DNA from: Anthoceros angustus
Lineage: Eukaryota; Plantae; Anthocerotophyta
Direction of reading: 5' to 3'
NCBI GenBank assembly: GCA_010909165.1
Contig: VJWM01000193.1
Coordinates: forward strand, 310,001-374,000
DNA length: 64,000 nt
In this document: piece after piece, positions 1 through 12,251 of the stretch
Numbering within the stretch: position 1 is the stretch's first letter
Layout: each line of letters starts with the position of its first letter
Made by a program: the position numbers and the translations under genes
Notes under the pieces: generated by a model
The model's database searches: none
Told to the model about the DNA's origin: nothing
Seen by the model: only the letters and a program-made list of their open reading frames with translations

Positions 1-200
1 TGTCTGAGGCTAACCTGTGGCATGCTAGGCTTGGGCATATAAACAGGGAGAAGTTGAATCTAATGTCGTTTCTAGACTGTTTTAGGGAAAAGCTTCCCTC
101 TTGTTTCAAGCATCTACCCATCGCCGCCTTGTGTTATGTCGAAACAAAAGGAACTTCCTTCAAGAATAAACAAGCAAATACAAAGTGTGTTAGAACTTGT
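1..200 (+). mobile_element. Ty1/Copia GAG-pre-integrase fragment (5' flank of the Gypsy insertion)
   Basis: Reads ANLWHARLGHINREKLNLM...SVLEL with frameshifts, the Copia gag_pre-integrase motif. Ends in CTTGT (196-200), which reappears at 13505-13509 where the Copia integrase resumes (LVHADIAG). Confidence 0.85.
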
Positions 201-1370
201 TGTGGACTACGGACTTCTCGGGGGTTAGAAATTAGGTAGGGTTTTGTTTTTGTGGGAGCGAAGGATAAAATGAGGCGAAAAAGGGGAAATAAGCAGTTAG
301 CATCTCGGACGGCACTGGAGTATACTCCGACCGGAGTGAGGAGCTCTAGGCCTACGACAAGGTAAGAAGATAAGTCCCACCCCGAGGACCTGACTCCAAA
401 GAAGGGGTCCAGACCGACCCTGTGAGGGAAGACCTGACTCCAGAGGTCCGACCCCGAGTTCCAGAGGTCCTGAGGTCCAAACTGGGAGTGGGGAGAGCCA
501 CCAACCCCAGCAGATCCAGCTTGAGGGCCCATCGCGCAGGGCCCGCCAGAGAGAGAAGAGGGAGGACGAGGAAGACTTGGTGGTGATCGCCGCCGCCGCC
601 GGTGGCGCAGCACTGAAGAGGAAGGGGTCCTACCGCGATCATCCGATTGCGCCTGCAATGATGTGGCTTGGGCCGGTGCCAAGAAGGAATGAGGGCTATC
701 CACCCCACCACCGACGGCGATAGGCGGAATAGGGAGGTAGTAGGCGGTGGTTAGGCACACCGAAATGGCCTCACCGTAATAGAGGTAATAAAGGCGCCGA
801 CCTTCGCGTAGTATAAGAGGGCTAAGGCACCAATAAATCATCTTTCTTGGTGTTGATGCCGCTGCACCTTTGTGTCTTCTGCTAACGTGAGTCCCGAGTC
901 ACCGAAAGGTGCACGGTACCCGGGAGATTGATCTGTGGTCCCGTGACGACCTAACGTGTTGTGGTGTGTGCAGGAAGGTGTGACCCGTGCTCGCGAGCCG
1001 CCCCAAAGACCGAACGACCGGAACGTGAGCCGAGGAACTCCGGAGGGCGCGGCAGAGTCTGACGAGAGGCCCGCGAACGAGGAGGTCCGCTGTAACCCGC
1101 TTTTAAGACCGATGAGTGTAGCGTGAGGGAGAGAGGAAAGGACCGAAGTGTGAGGACGAATGTGAACGATACGAGAACGGTCCTAAACGCTTGGCCATAC
1201 CGGCCTCAGACGGTGAACGCTAGAGTAGTTAGGAGTGTGCGTGAACGAGCGAAGTGAGGTAAGAATCACCAAAACGCGTAAACGGAGCCTATCATTCCTT
1301 TGGGAACGGACTTCTTCCTACAACGACACGGATTGTGGCGCTACCGCCGCTATCACGAAAGTCGCGCACA
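201..1370 (+). repeat. Gypsy LTR copy 1 (5' LTR)
   Basis: Starts TGTGGACTACGG right after CTTGT and ends GTCGCGCACA immediately before the PBS. Homologous to four other copies in the window. Confidence 0.9.
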
Positions 1371-1373
1371 TTT

Positions 1374-1391
1374 TGGCGCCTGCCGGGAATG
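1374..1391 (+). promoter_or_regulatory. Primer-binding site, tRNA-Asp-like (also at ~7984, ~9795, ~11642)
   Basis: TGGCGCC(G/-)(C/T)TG(C/T)CGGGAA 3 nt after the LTR end. Resembles the complement of the plant tRNA-Asp 3' end (TGGCGCCGTTGCCGGGGA). Confidence 0.7.
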
Positions 1392-4300
1392 AAATCGCTC
1401 GTACAGCCGGATGCGTGAGGACGGAGGTAGTTAAGGAAGAATTGCTAAGAGAGTCGGACGCCAGATCGCCGAGCGCCCGAGCGCAGTAACGTGAGAGACG
1501 AAGCTCGAGGCGAGGTCACGAACCGCGCAAGCGCGGTGGAATTGGATCGTGAGGAGGAAGCACGCAGGCGTGGCGCAAGAGGAGCGTTCTCTCCCCGCCG
1601 CGACGATGGCAACAACAACGACCAAACAAGTTTCTCTTTGGGAAGAAGGAGAGATGCGAAACCTTTGTTGAGGATTTCATCCCGAGCAACTTCAACGGAA
1701 GAAGGTCGGATGCGCCTAATCCAAATTGCTCCAAGGGTCCTTCGGGACAGCGCCTGGTACCGGGAAGTACCGACCACCCTAACGCCTCGCAACCTTCAAG
1801 ATCAAGGATGCCTTCGGAAAGATTCCGCAATCGATCAAGAAGGCCATCCCGTCCAAGCTTGAGAACCCAAAGAGGGGCAAGACGGAAAGTTGGGATCAGA
1901 CATCGAACGGTTCTATGCCCTCCGGATCGGCACCCCACCCACACCATGCAAAGTGCTGGTTCGCACTACCACCTAAGCCAATGGCTAAGCATGTGCCGTT
2001 GCTTGCAGAAAGGATGTGAGTAAGGCGCGGCGGGCGGAAAACTATGAAGAATCGATGCACCAACGAAGAACGAGGACTCAAGGAGGAAAGAAGAAGAAAA
2101 AGAGGCGGAATCGAATCAAGATGAAGAGCCCTGGAGAGGAGGAAGACCGAGGTCGGAGGAAGAGGAGGAGACTCAAGAAGAAGCTCCACGGAGGAAGAGG
2201 AGCCCTCAAAAAACAAGAAGAAGCAGAAACGGGGTGGAAGAAGGAGGTCATGATGCCCGCACGAGAGGTCTTCGACCCCGCCCCTTTGAAAGAGGTAGCG
2301 GGTGAGGGAAGATCTAGAGAGTCATAAAAGAGGTGGAAGAGTTGACGATCAACGTGAAAGATCGTGAGCGACGCAAGGTGGCCACCACCGTGACTCATTT
2401 ATGGTGTGCGTGTGCCACCAACATGGGCACTGAAGGCCAATTGCCCCTCCGCACCCGTGAACCGTAGAGTACGACGGAGGAGAGTCCGAGGAACAAAGTG
2501 GAGGATGCTTACCAAGTGCAAGAAGCACCCGACGAGCACCAAGACGATGTATCCGCGCCGGAGGTCCATCCATACACCGTCGATGCAACCTCGAATGGGA
2601 GGACCTCCGCATTCTCGGCAGGTGGTCCGTTGGAACTGGGAACCCCGACTACTCCAACGCCTCCCATACCCCACCGCATAAGGTAACGAGACTTTGAACG
2701 TGGTGGAGATTGTGCGGGCACATGCCAGTGCACTGTGTCCGAATCCTCGCCGAGGACGGTACGCCACGCACCGGGAGCCAAGACCACCGACGCCCCTAAG
2801 GCGCGCCTGCTACAAATTGAAGACGACAATCGGAGGGGAGGAGGCACCGAGGAGCTCGAACGAGGTGGTACGGGCAAGTTCGCCAAGGAGAAGAAGGCGG
2901 ACCGAGGTGGAAGTGTCAACCCGAGTCGCCGAAGGAGCGGAAGGAACGGAGAGTAAGAGGAAGAAAATGGGATAGTCCCACTGACACGGAGGACGGAACA
3001 CCAAGGAAGCCGAACCCGCCAAAGAGGACGAGTTAAACCGGCAGCCCGCCAGAGAAGAAACCCCAAAAGCCACCGGAGTCTCCGGAGAAGCGGATCACCC
3101 ACGGCAACGCAGCTTCCACCGGATGTGGTTCGAGAAGTGACCGAGATGCTTCAAGAAGAACTCCGACAGACCCGGTGGTCCACCACCACCACAAAGAGCC
3201 AAACGCCGGAGGAGACAAGGCGAACGCGGACGCAGAGAACCACCCGCCCTTTCAAGGTGGCCGACTTGATGATGGACCAACAACACTTGGTGTCCCTTAG
3301 GCGCTTGTTAAAGGACAACCAAGTATCGGCTGTGAAGTCCTAAGGCCATCAGTGGAAACGCAACCACGCCGGAACTTGGTCCGGGCAAGAACGTGGAGGT
3401 AAGGGTCGATCTCATACGACTCGGGCGCCAGCAGTGGAAATTGCGGTGTGTAATTAAAACGTGCCTCTAGACACGGGTCGAGGAACCTCATCACCGAGGC
3501 CACCGCAAGACCGGGTTCACCACCTTCGAGCCATCCACCAAAACCCTCGGATGGCGACATGCGCGAGCGCCAGCAGGGAGTTGTCCGAGTCCAAGCCACC
3601 ATAGCGGAGCCCCTATACATTAGATTTTGTCATCGACTCCGACCTCCGGGTATGAGGTCCTCAGCGCTACCGGGCCTCGCCGATAAAACTACACTTTGAC
3701 AAGGAAATACACTTCAAGCCGGACTGGGATCCAAGGTGAGGGAAGGACGTAGCGACACCGGAGTAAGGACACGATCGGAGAAACCACAAGACTAGAGGGT
3801 ACACCTCCCAAGACAAGGGGACGATGAACGCGAGGATACGAATGAGGACTACCTTTCCCAAAATCACGTGGTCGAGGAGGAGATGGATTACCGAGGGACG
3901 CCTTTGGAGCGAGGTGGACGAGGAGGTCATCGATTGTTTTAGGGTGGACTCGCGAACAAGAGCCGGGAAGGCAATCAAGAGGAGGGTCCAAAGAGGACGG
4001 GAGGTAGAACCGAGGAAGTAACCTGCTTCACTTGACGAGCTCTTCGGAGTGGGGAATGCGTGAAGATGAACCCTGATGGAGGACGAGGCTCAACGAGCGC
4101 GAAGAGAAAGGGAGACGGCCAACCCGACGATGTGGAAGACGTGGAGGTTCGCCTGAAATTCTCAAATTCGCAAGGGCAGGAGGGTTAAACGAGACCTCAG
4201 CTTGTTGGGGAATTCAGGTGTTTGCTTTCAAGGTCACGATATGAAAGGCATTCAAACAAGGCTAACACCGGATAGATCTGAAGCCGAGCGGTGCCTGCTC

Positions 4301-6766
4301 GGATTAGGCAAGATAAATCAATCCCAAGCACTCGCCAAGGTCAAGGAAGTCCCGGATAAGTATCCGAAGCGACATCATCTTCCCAATCGAATAAAGGAGT
4401 GGGTGGCGCCATTGTGGTCGAAGCAAGCAGTGATTCGGTCCGTCAGATCGGAGAAAGCTTAACGCCGCCACTAAAAGGACCATTTCCCATGCCCTTTGTG
4501 GACGATATCGACAAGGTGGCAGCCGAGTACCTACCTTCTTGACTACGGCCACAACCACACACCTAAGGGAGCCTGACCGATAAGACAACATTCACCACGG
4601 AGTGGGGGACGCTTGCCTACAAACGGAGTGCCTTCGGATGACAGAGCACCCGGATCATTTATGCGGATGGTGACCAATGTCTTCCGGAATTCCCGAGGGA
4701 CTTCATGGAGGTGTTCTGACGACTCGTGCACGAGAGGAGGACAAACACGGGACATTTGCGGAAGTGTTTGGAACGATGTAGGAGACTCAACTCAGGCTCG
4801 CATCCCGAGAAGTGCTACTGCATGACAGAGGAATCTTGTTGGGGCACCGAGTGTCGGTAAGAGGGATAGAGGTGGACCAAGACAAGGTGAAAGTCATCCA
4901 CCCCGCAGCCCACCAACGAACTTGAAGGAGTTACGGGATTCTGGGCATGGTTACTATAGGCGCTTCATACAAGATTTTGCAAAGCGGGCCTGTGCTAGCT
5001 AGCGAAGGAGGAGGAATGGACCCGACGCCGTAAAGGGAGGCGGCATTCAGAGACCCCGCACCACTCCGCTGGCCCCAAGACTCAAAGGACCGGACCGGGG
5101 AAGCGATTCCATGTGTACGTGGATGTGTCACCGCCATCGGGTAGTGCTCACCAAAAGATGATAAACGGAGGGATCACCCAATCTACTGGAAGACACCACG
5201 ACGCGAACTGAGGTACACTACTACGGAGCGAGAGGCATTGGAATGGTATACTAAGAAATTACACTACCTTCGCCCAATGAGTTTGTGTTCTATGTTGATC
5301 ACTTCTACCAAGCATTTGGTGAACAAGGCACTTGTCCTGGACGAATCGAGGTGGATTCTGCTACAGGAGTTCACATTTGAGGTGGAGACTAGGCAAGGAA
5401 GCAACACCAAAACGCTGACTTCTTATCCAGATTAAAGACGGAGCCTGTCCTGCAGGATCAAGAGGACGCCTTCCGGATGAGGAATTGGTGGCAGCGATAG
5501 AGGAGGAGGTAGAGGAGCACAAATGACAAACCCAAGCCGGTGAACATGGACCCACGGGCGGAGAAGGGGAGCGGACGCAGGGGGCGGCCCTCTTACGCGG
5601 AGTTGGAACGGTACCTATGGGAGATGGAGCTACCCAACGAATCGAACCGGTCCACGGTGCCTTTGTGCACTACGCCGCCTTTCCTCAGATAACGTTGCAT
5701 CTTTAAGGTAGGCCACGTGGAACGAAGGTACCTCCAACAAAGTGAAACGGAGGTGGTAATAAAGGGATGCACAAGGACTAGGTGGTGGACATTATGCAAT
5801 ACAGTCACCACCAAGAAAATCTTGAGGTCGGGTACCGTGGCCCACCATGTATGGGGAAACACACCAATTGTGAAGAAGTGTGATGCTTGTCGCCGATCGG
5901 AAGCCGACGCCACAACTCAATGGCCGTTAGTGCCCATACTAGCACTAGCGCGAGAGAATGGGCATCGACTTCGCTGGACCTATACACCAACCCACTGTGC
6001 ACACAGCGCACATCTTGGTGGCAACGATCATCGCACCCGTGTGGCGGCCGCTACTGACACCGCGAGCACGGCCAAATTCTCTAAAAACATCATCACAAGG
6101 TATGGGTGTCCGCTGGTACCGGTGTTTATAGGGGAACCCATTTCCTCAATGATGTGATAACCGCAATGACGGACTATTTCGCATCACACATCGTGAAACG
6201 CCCCTACAATCCAAGGCCAACGGATCGACGGAGAAGACCAATGGACTTATCCGCCGATCCTCAATAAGTCGACGGTTAACTATGCGCACGATCGATACAA
6301 AGTCGCCATCGGCGCGGCGGGCGCTCGTAACGGCAGAAGGTAACCACGCAACGAACTCCGTATTATTCGACGGGCACTCACCCGTTATGCCGGCCGAGTT
6401 TGAGGTGCCAACACCGGTCATGATGGAAAGGCGCTTAACGGATGAAGAGAGCCAATCGAGCGGTTGCTAGGGTTTGTGCAAGATACGGAGGACCGGAAGA
6501 GGCGCAATAAACAATGCAATCGTATGTAATCAACGCAAGCCGTACATGATAGCGCCTTTAGAATCGTGGAGTGAAGGAGGGAGATCCGCCTCCTTACGAC
6601 AATGATATATGCACTTCCTGTAAACTCCACCCACGATGGATGGACCTTACCAAGTCGTGACTATACCCCAATGGGTCCGCTCAGCCGCGCTGATGGTGAA
6701 CCGCCCACTGGGTGAACGGATGGCGGTGAAAAGTACCACGCTTAGTGTTGGCGAGACGCCAACAGT
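1392..6766 (+). pseudogene. Gypsy gag-pol, broken by many small deletions
   Basis: RT motifs ~4350-4950, RNase H ~5100-5400 and integrase ~5750-6740 are recognisable across shifting frames. Confidence 0.85.
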
Positions 6767-6777
6767 GAGAAGGGGAG
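6767..6777 (+). promoter_or_regulatory. Polypurine tract of the Gypsy element
   Basis: GAGAAGGGGAG between the end of integrase and the start of LTR copy 2. Confidence 0.65.
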
Positions 6778-7980
6778 ACGGACTTGGTTAGAAATTAGGT
6801 AGGTTTTGTTTTTTGGGAGCAAGGATAAAATGAGGCGGAAAAGGGGAAATAAGCACGTTAATCGCACGGACGGGAGTATACTCGGACTGAGGAGTGAGCG
6901 ACTCAGGGCCTAATGGCGACAAGGTAACGCAGATAAGTCCTGACCGAGGACCGACCTGTAAGAAGGCCGGGTCCGTGGAGACCGGACTCAGGGAAGACCT
7001 GACCCAGAGGTCCGGACCCCGAGTCGAGACAGGTCCCGAGGTCCAAACTCGGGAGTGGGGAGAGCCACCAACACCAGCCAGCAGATCTAGGCCCTTGAGG
7101 GCCCGCCAGGGGGCCCGCCAGAGAGATAAGAGGGAGGACGAGGAAGACTTAGTGGTGATCGCCTTGTCGCCGCCGCCCGGTGGCGCAGCCTCGGCTGCAC
7201 TGGAAGAGGAAGGGGTCCGCGATCATCCGATTGCGCCACAATGAGTATTTTCACACGTGCCAAGAAGGAATCGTGGGGCTATCCCACCCCACCACCGACG
7301 GCGATAGGGCGAATAGGGAGGATAGTAGGCGCACTGTTAGGGCACACCGAAATGGCCCTCACCGTAATAGAGGTGTAATAAAGGCCGACCTTCAAGAGTA
7401 TAAGAGGGCTAAGGTCTCAATAAATCATCTTCTTGGTGTTGATGCGCTGCTCTGCACCTTTGTGTGTCTTCAGCTAACGTGAGTCTCGAGTCACCGAGCA
7501 AATGCATACTCCGGAGATTGACTGTGGTCCCGTGACGACCTAACGTGTTGTGGTGTGTGGAAGGGGTGACCCGTGCCAGAGTCACACTCAAAGACCGAAT
7601 GGATCCGGAACGGCGAGCCTGAGGAACTCGGAGGGCGGCAGAGCCCGGACGGAGAGGCCCGCTGAACGACGGAGGAGGTCCGATGTAACAAGGCCTTTCC
7701 CTAAGACAAGGAGTGTAGCGTGAGTGGAGAGAGGAAAGGACCGAAGTGTGAGCGACGAACGTGAACGATACGCGAATCGGTCCCTAAACGCTTGGCCATA
7801 CCGGCCCAGACGGTGAACGCTATAGTAGTTAGCGAGCAAAAGTGCGAGGCCGAACGAGCGCAAAGTGAGGTAAGAATCACCAAAACGCTAAACGGAGCCT
7901 ATCATTCCTTTGGGAACGGACTTCTTCCTACAACGACACGGATTGTGCGGTTTACCGCTATCGCCGAAAGTCGCGCGACA
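6778..7980 (+). repeat. Gypsy LTR copy 2 (3' LTR, but followed by a PBS)
   Basis: Homologous to 201-1370 (first bases eroded). Ends GTCGCGCGACA, then TTTTGGCGCC. Confidence 0.85.
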
Positions 7981-8210
7981 TTTTGGCGCCGCTGCGGGAA
8001 TGAAACTGTCACAGGATGCGGGAGGACGTGAGGTAGTTAAGAAGAATTAAGAGAGTCGGACGCCAGATCGCTGTAGCGCCCAGCGCAGTAACGTGAGAGA
8101 CGACGAGCTCGAGGCGTAATCAACGAACCGCAGGCGCGGGTGGAATTGTCGATCGTGAGGAGGAAGTGCCCCTGCAGGCGGCAGAGGAGCGGTTCTCACC
8201 GCCGCGACGA

Positions 8211-8559
8211 ATTGCTCGCTGCAGCCCATCACCGTTATGGCTTTACATTTGAGCAGGTCATTGTTGTCTTTATGGCCCCGTCTCGTACATAGCAAGAGGT
8301 CGCTTGGTTGATGATTTGTATCACTTAACTTGGTCAGCAGAACTGTAAGCATTTGTTACCCCATCAGGTCCGAGGCTAACCCGTGTATGCTAGGCTCATA
8401 TAAACAGGAGAAGTTGAATCTAATGTCGCTTCTAGACCTGCTTTAGGAAAAGCTCTTTGTTTCAAGACCCACTGTCTGCCGCCTTGTGTTATGTAAAACA
8501 AAAGGAACTTCCTTCAAGAATAAACAAGCACAATGAGCACAAAGTGTGTTAGAACTTGT
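8211..8559 (+). mobile_element. Duplicated Copia fragment (also 10036-10402 and 11887-12251)
   Basis: GHCCLYDSPVSVHA..RGRLVDDLY..LWHARLGHIN motifs. Overlaps in sequence with 1-200 and ends in CTTGT. Confidence 0.85.
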
Positions 8560-9791
8560 TGTGGATCACTGACTTCGGGGTTAGAAATTAGGTAGGGTTT
8601 TGTTTTTGTGTGGGAGCCAAGGATAAAATGAGGCGAAAAGGGGGAAATAAGCATTTAGCACCGGACGGCACTGGAGTATACTCCGACTCGGAGTGAGGAG
8701 CGCACTCCAGGCCTACGATGGCGCATAAGGTAATCTAGATAAGTCCGACCCCGAGGACCGGACTCAGAAGAAGGCCGGGTCCAGAGACCTGGACCTCAGA
8801 GGGAAGACCGGACCTAGAGGTCCTGACCGAGTCGAGACAGGTCCCGAGGTCCAAACTCGGGAGTGGGGAGAGCCACCACCACCACCCAGCAGATCCAAAT
8901 TGAGGCCCACCGCGCAGGGCCCGCCAGAGAGATAAGAGGGGAGGACGAGGAAGACTTAGTGGTGATCGCTGTCGCCGCCACGGTGCAGCCCGGCTGACCC
9001 CTGGAAGAGGAAGGGGTCACCGTGATCATCCGATTGCGCGCCAGCAATGACAGTGGCTCTACTTTGGGCCGTGCCAAGAAGGAATCAGGGCTATCCCACC
9101 CCACCACCGACGAGAAGTGAATAGGGAGGATAGTAGGCGGTTAGGCACACCGAAATGGCCTCACCGTAATAGAGGTGTAATAAAGGCGTCGACCTTCGGC
9201 GTAGTATAAGAGGGCCAAGGCCATCAATAAATCATCTTCTCTTGGTGTTGATGCCCTGCGCACCTTGTGTGTCTTCTGCTAACGTGAGTCCCGAACAAAG
9301 GTGCAGTAAGCCCGGGAGATTGATCGTGGTCCCGTGACGACCCAACGTGTTGTGGTGTGTGTGGAAGGGTGATCGTGTGCTCGTCTAGAGCTGACTCAAA
9401 GACCGAACGGACTGAACGCGCGAGCCGAGGAACTCCGGAGGGCGGCAGAGCCCGGACGGAGAGGCCCGGCTGAACGACGGAGGAGGTCCGGCTATAACCC
9501 GCGGCCTTTCCCTAAGACCGATGAGTGTAGCGTGAGTGGAGAGAGGAAAGGACCTGAAGTGTGAGTGATTTAATGTGAACGAGCACGGACGGGTCCCTAA
9601 ACGCTTGGCCATACCGGCCCGTGACGGTGAACGCTATAGTAGTTAGGCGATGTGTGCTTGAGGCCGAACGAGCGCAGTGAGGTAAGAATCACCAAACGCG
9701 TAAACGGAGCCTATCATTCCTTTGGGAACGGACTTCTTCCTACAACGACACGGATTGTGCGCGCCTACCGCCATCACGAAAGTCGCGCACA
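8560..9791 (+). repeat. Gypsy LTR copy 3
   Basis: TGTGG...GTCGCGCACA, followed by a PBS. Confidence 0.85.
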
Positions 9792-10402
9792 TTTTGGCGC
9801 CTGTCGGGAATGAAATCGTCACAGCCGTGATGCGTGGAGGACGTGAGGTAGTTAAGAAGAATTGCTAAGAGAGTCGGACGTTGGATCGCCAGAGCGCCCA
9901 GCGCAGTAACGTGAGAGACGACGAGCTCGAGGCGAGATCAACGAACCGCAGGCGCGTGGAATTGTCGGATCGCGTGAGGAGGAAGCAGCCCGAGGTGTGG
10001 CGAAGAGGAGCGGTTCTCACCGCCTACCGCGACGAATTGCTGCCTGCGCCCACTCACCTGGTCGCTATGGCTTTACATTTGAGTGGTCATTGTTGTCTTT
10101 ATGACTCGCCCGTATCCGTACATGCATAGCAAGAGGTCGCTTGGTTGATGATTTGTATCACTAACTTGGCCGCAACTGTAAGCATTTGTTACCCCATCGT
10201 GTCCGAGGCTAACCTGCGCATGCTAGGCTTGGGCATATAAACAGGAGAAGTTGAATCTAATGTCGCTTTCTAGACCTGCTTTAGGAAAAAGCTTCCTCTT
10301 TGCTTTCAAGCATCTACCGTCTGCCGCCTTGTGTTATGTCGAAACAAAAGGAACTTCCTTCAAGAATAAACAAGCACAATGAGCACAAAGTGTAGAACTT
10401 GT

Positions 10403-11638
10403 TGTGGACTACGGACTTCCAGGGGTTAGAAATTAGGTAGGGTTTTGTTTTTTGTGGGAGCCAAGGATAAAATGAGGCGAAAAAGGGGAAATAAGCAGTT
10501 GCACCCTGACTCAAGACTGGAGTATACTCCGGACTCGAGTGAGGAGCGCACTTAGGCCTACGATGGCGGCCATAAGGCAATCTAGATAAGTCCGGACCCC
10601 GAGGACCTGACTCAGAAGAAGGCCGGGTCCAGAGACCTGGACCCAGAGGGAAGACCGGACCTAGAGGTCCTGACTCGAGTCGAGACAGTCCCGAGGTCCA
10701 AACTCGGGAGTGGGGAGAGCCACCAACACCACCAAGATCCATTTTGGAGGGCCCACCGCAGGGCCCGCCAGAGAGATAAGAGGGGAGGACGAGGAAGACT
10801 TAGTGGTGATCGCTGTCGTGCCGCCACCGGCATGCAGCCCCGAGACCGAAGAGGAAGGGGTCTCACCGCGTGATCATCCGATTGGGTGCTACCGCACGAT
10901 GCTTTGGGGCCGCCGGTGCCAAGAAGGAATCGAGGGCCATCCCACACCGACGGCGATAGGCGGAATAGGGAGGATAGTAGGCGGTTAGGCACACCGAAAT
11001 GGCCTCACCGTAATAGAGGTGTAATAAAGGCCGACCTTGGCGTAGTATAAGAGGGCTAAGGCCGCCTCGAATAAATCATCTTCTCTTGGTGTTGATGCTG
11101 CCTGCGCACCTTTGTGTGTCTTCTTGCTAACGTGAGTCCGAGTCACCGAAAGGTACGACAGCCCGGGAGATTGATCGTGGTCCCGTGACGACCTAACGTG
11201 TTGTGGTGTGTGTGGAAGGGTGACTGTGACCCGTGTTTCAGAGCCGCCACCAAAGACCGAACGGACTGAACGCGCGAGCCGAGGAACTCCGGAGGGCGGC
11301 AGAGCCCGGACGGAGAGGCCCGGCTGAACGACGAGGAGGTCCGGCTATAACCCGCGCAAGGCCTTTCCCTAAGATCGATGAGTGTAGCGTGAGTGGAGAG
11401 AGGAAAGGACCGAAGTGTGAGTGACGAATGTGAACGATACGGACGCGAACGGGTCTAAACGCTTGGCCATACCGGCCCATTTGGGTGAACGCTATGAGTA
11501 GTTAGGCGAGTGAGTAACGAGCGCAGTGAGGTAAGAATCACCAAACGCGCAAACGGAGCCTATCATTCCTTTGGGAACGGACTTCTTCCTACAACGACAC
11601 GGATTGTGCGCCTACCGCCATCACGAAAGTCGCGCACA
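10403..11638 (+). repeat. Gypsy LTR copy 4
   Basis: TGTGGACTACGG...GTCGCGCACA, followed by a PBS. Confidence 0.85.
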
Positions 11639-12251
11639 TTTTGGCGCCTGTCGGGAATGAAATCGCTCATTAGCCGCGTGATGCGTGGAGGACGTGAGGT
11701 AGTTAAGGAAGAATTGCTAAGAGCCTGACGCCAGATCGCCAGAGCGCTTCCAGCGCAGTAACGTGAGAGACGACGAGCTCGAGGCGTAGGTCAACGAACC
11801 GCAGTAAGTGTGGAATTGTCGGATCGTGAGGAGGAAGCAGCCGTGTGGCGTGAAGAGTGAGCTCGCCTCACCGCCTACCGCGACGAATTGCTTTCGCTCG
11901 TGCAGCCCACTCACCGGCTATGGCTTTACATTTGAGCAGGTCATTGTTGTCTTTAAGGACTCGCCCGTATCCGTACATGCATAGCAAGAGGTCGCTTGAT
12001 GATTTGTATGCCTTAACTTGGCATAACCAAGCATTTGTTACCCCATCGTGTCCGAGGCTAACCCGTGGCATGCTAGGCTTGGGCATATAACAGGAGAAGT
12101 TGAATCTAATGTCGCTTCTAGACCTGCTTTAGGAAAAGCTTCCCTCTTGTTTCAAGCATCTACCGTCTGCCGCCTTGTGTTATGTCGAAACAAAAGGAAC
12201 TTCCTTCAAGAATAAACAAGCACAATGAAAAGCACAAAGTGTAGAACTTGT

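Larger units (their letters stand above)
201..7980 (+). mobile_element. Ty3/Gypsy LTR retrotransposon (non-chromovirus, Athila/Tat-like), full length but frameshifted
   Basis: LTR (201-1370), PBS, gag, PR, RT (EWVAP..KDHFPMPFVDD..TTFTTEWG..PFG..APGSFMR), RNase H (FHVYVD..DHPIY..TTERE), integrase (HHCC, GIDFAGP, GPY/F motif), PPT, LTR. RT-RH-INT order is Gypsy. No chromodomain seen. Confidence 0.9.

Noticed and set aside
219-250. Telomere-like GGGTTAG / TAGGGTTTT at the start of each LTR
   Set aside because: Single degenerate units, not tandem TTTAGGG arrays.
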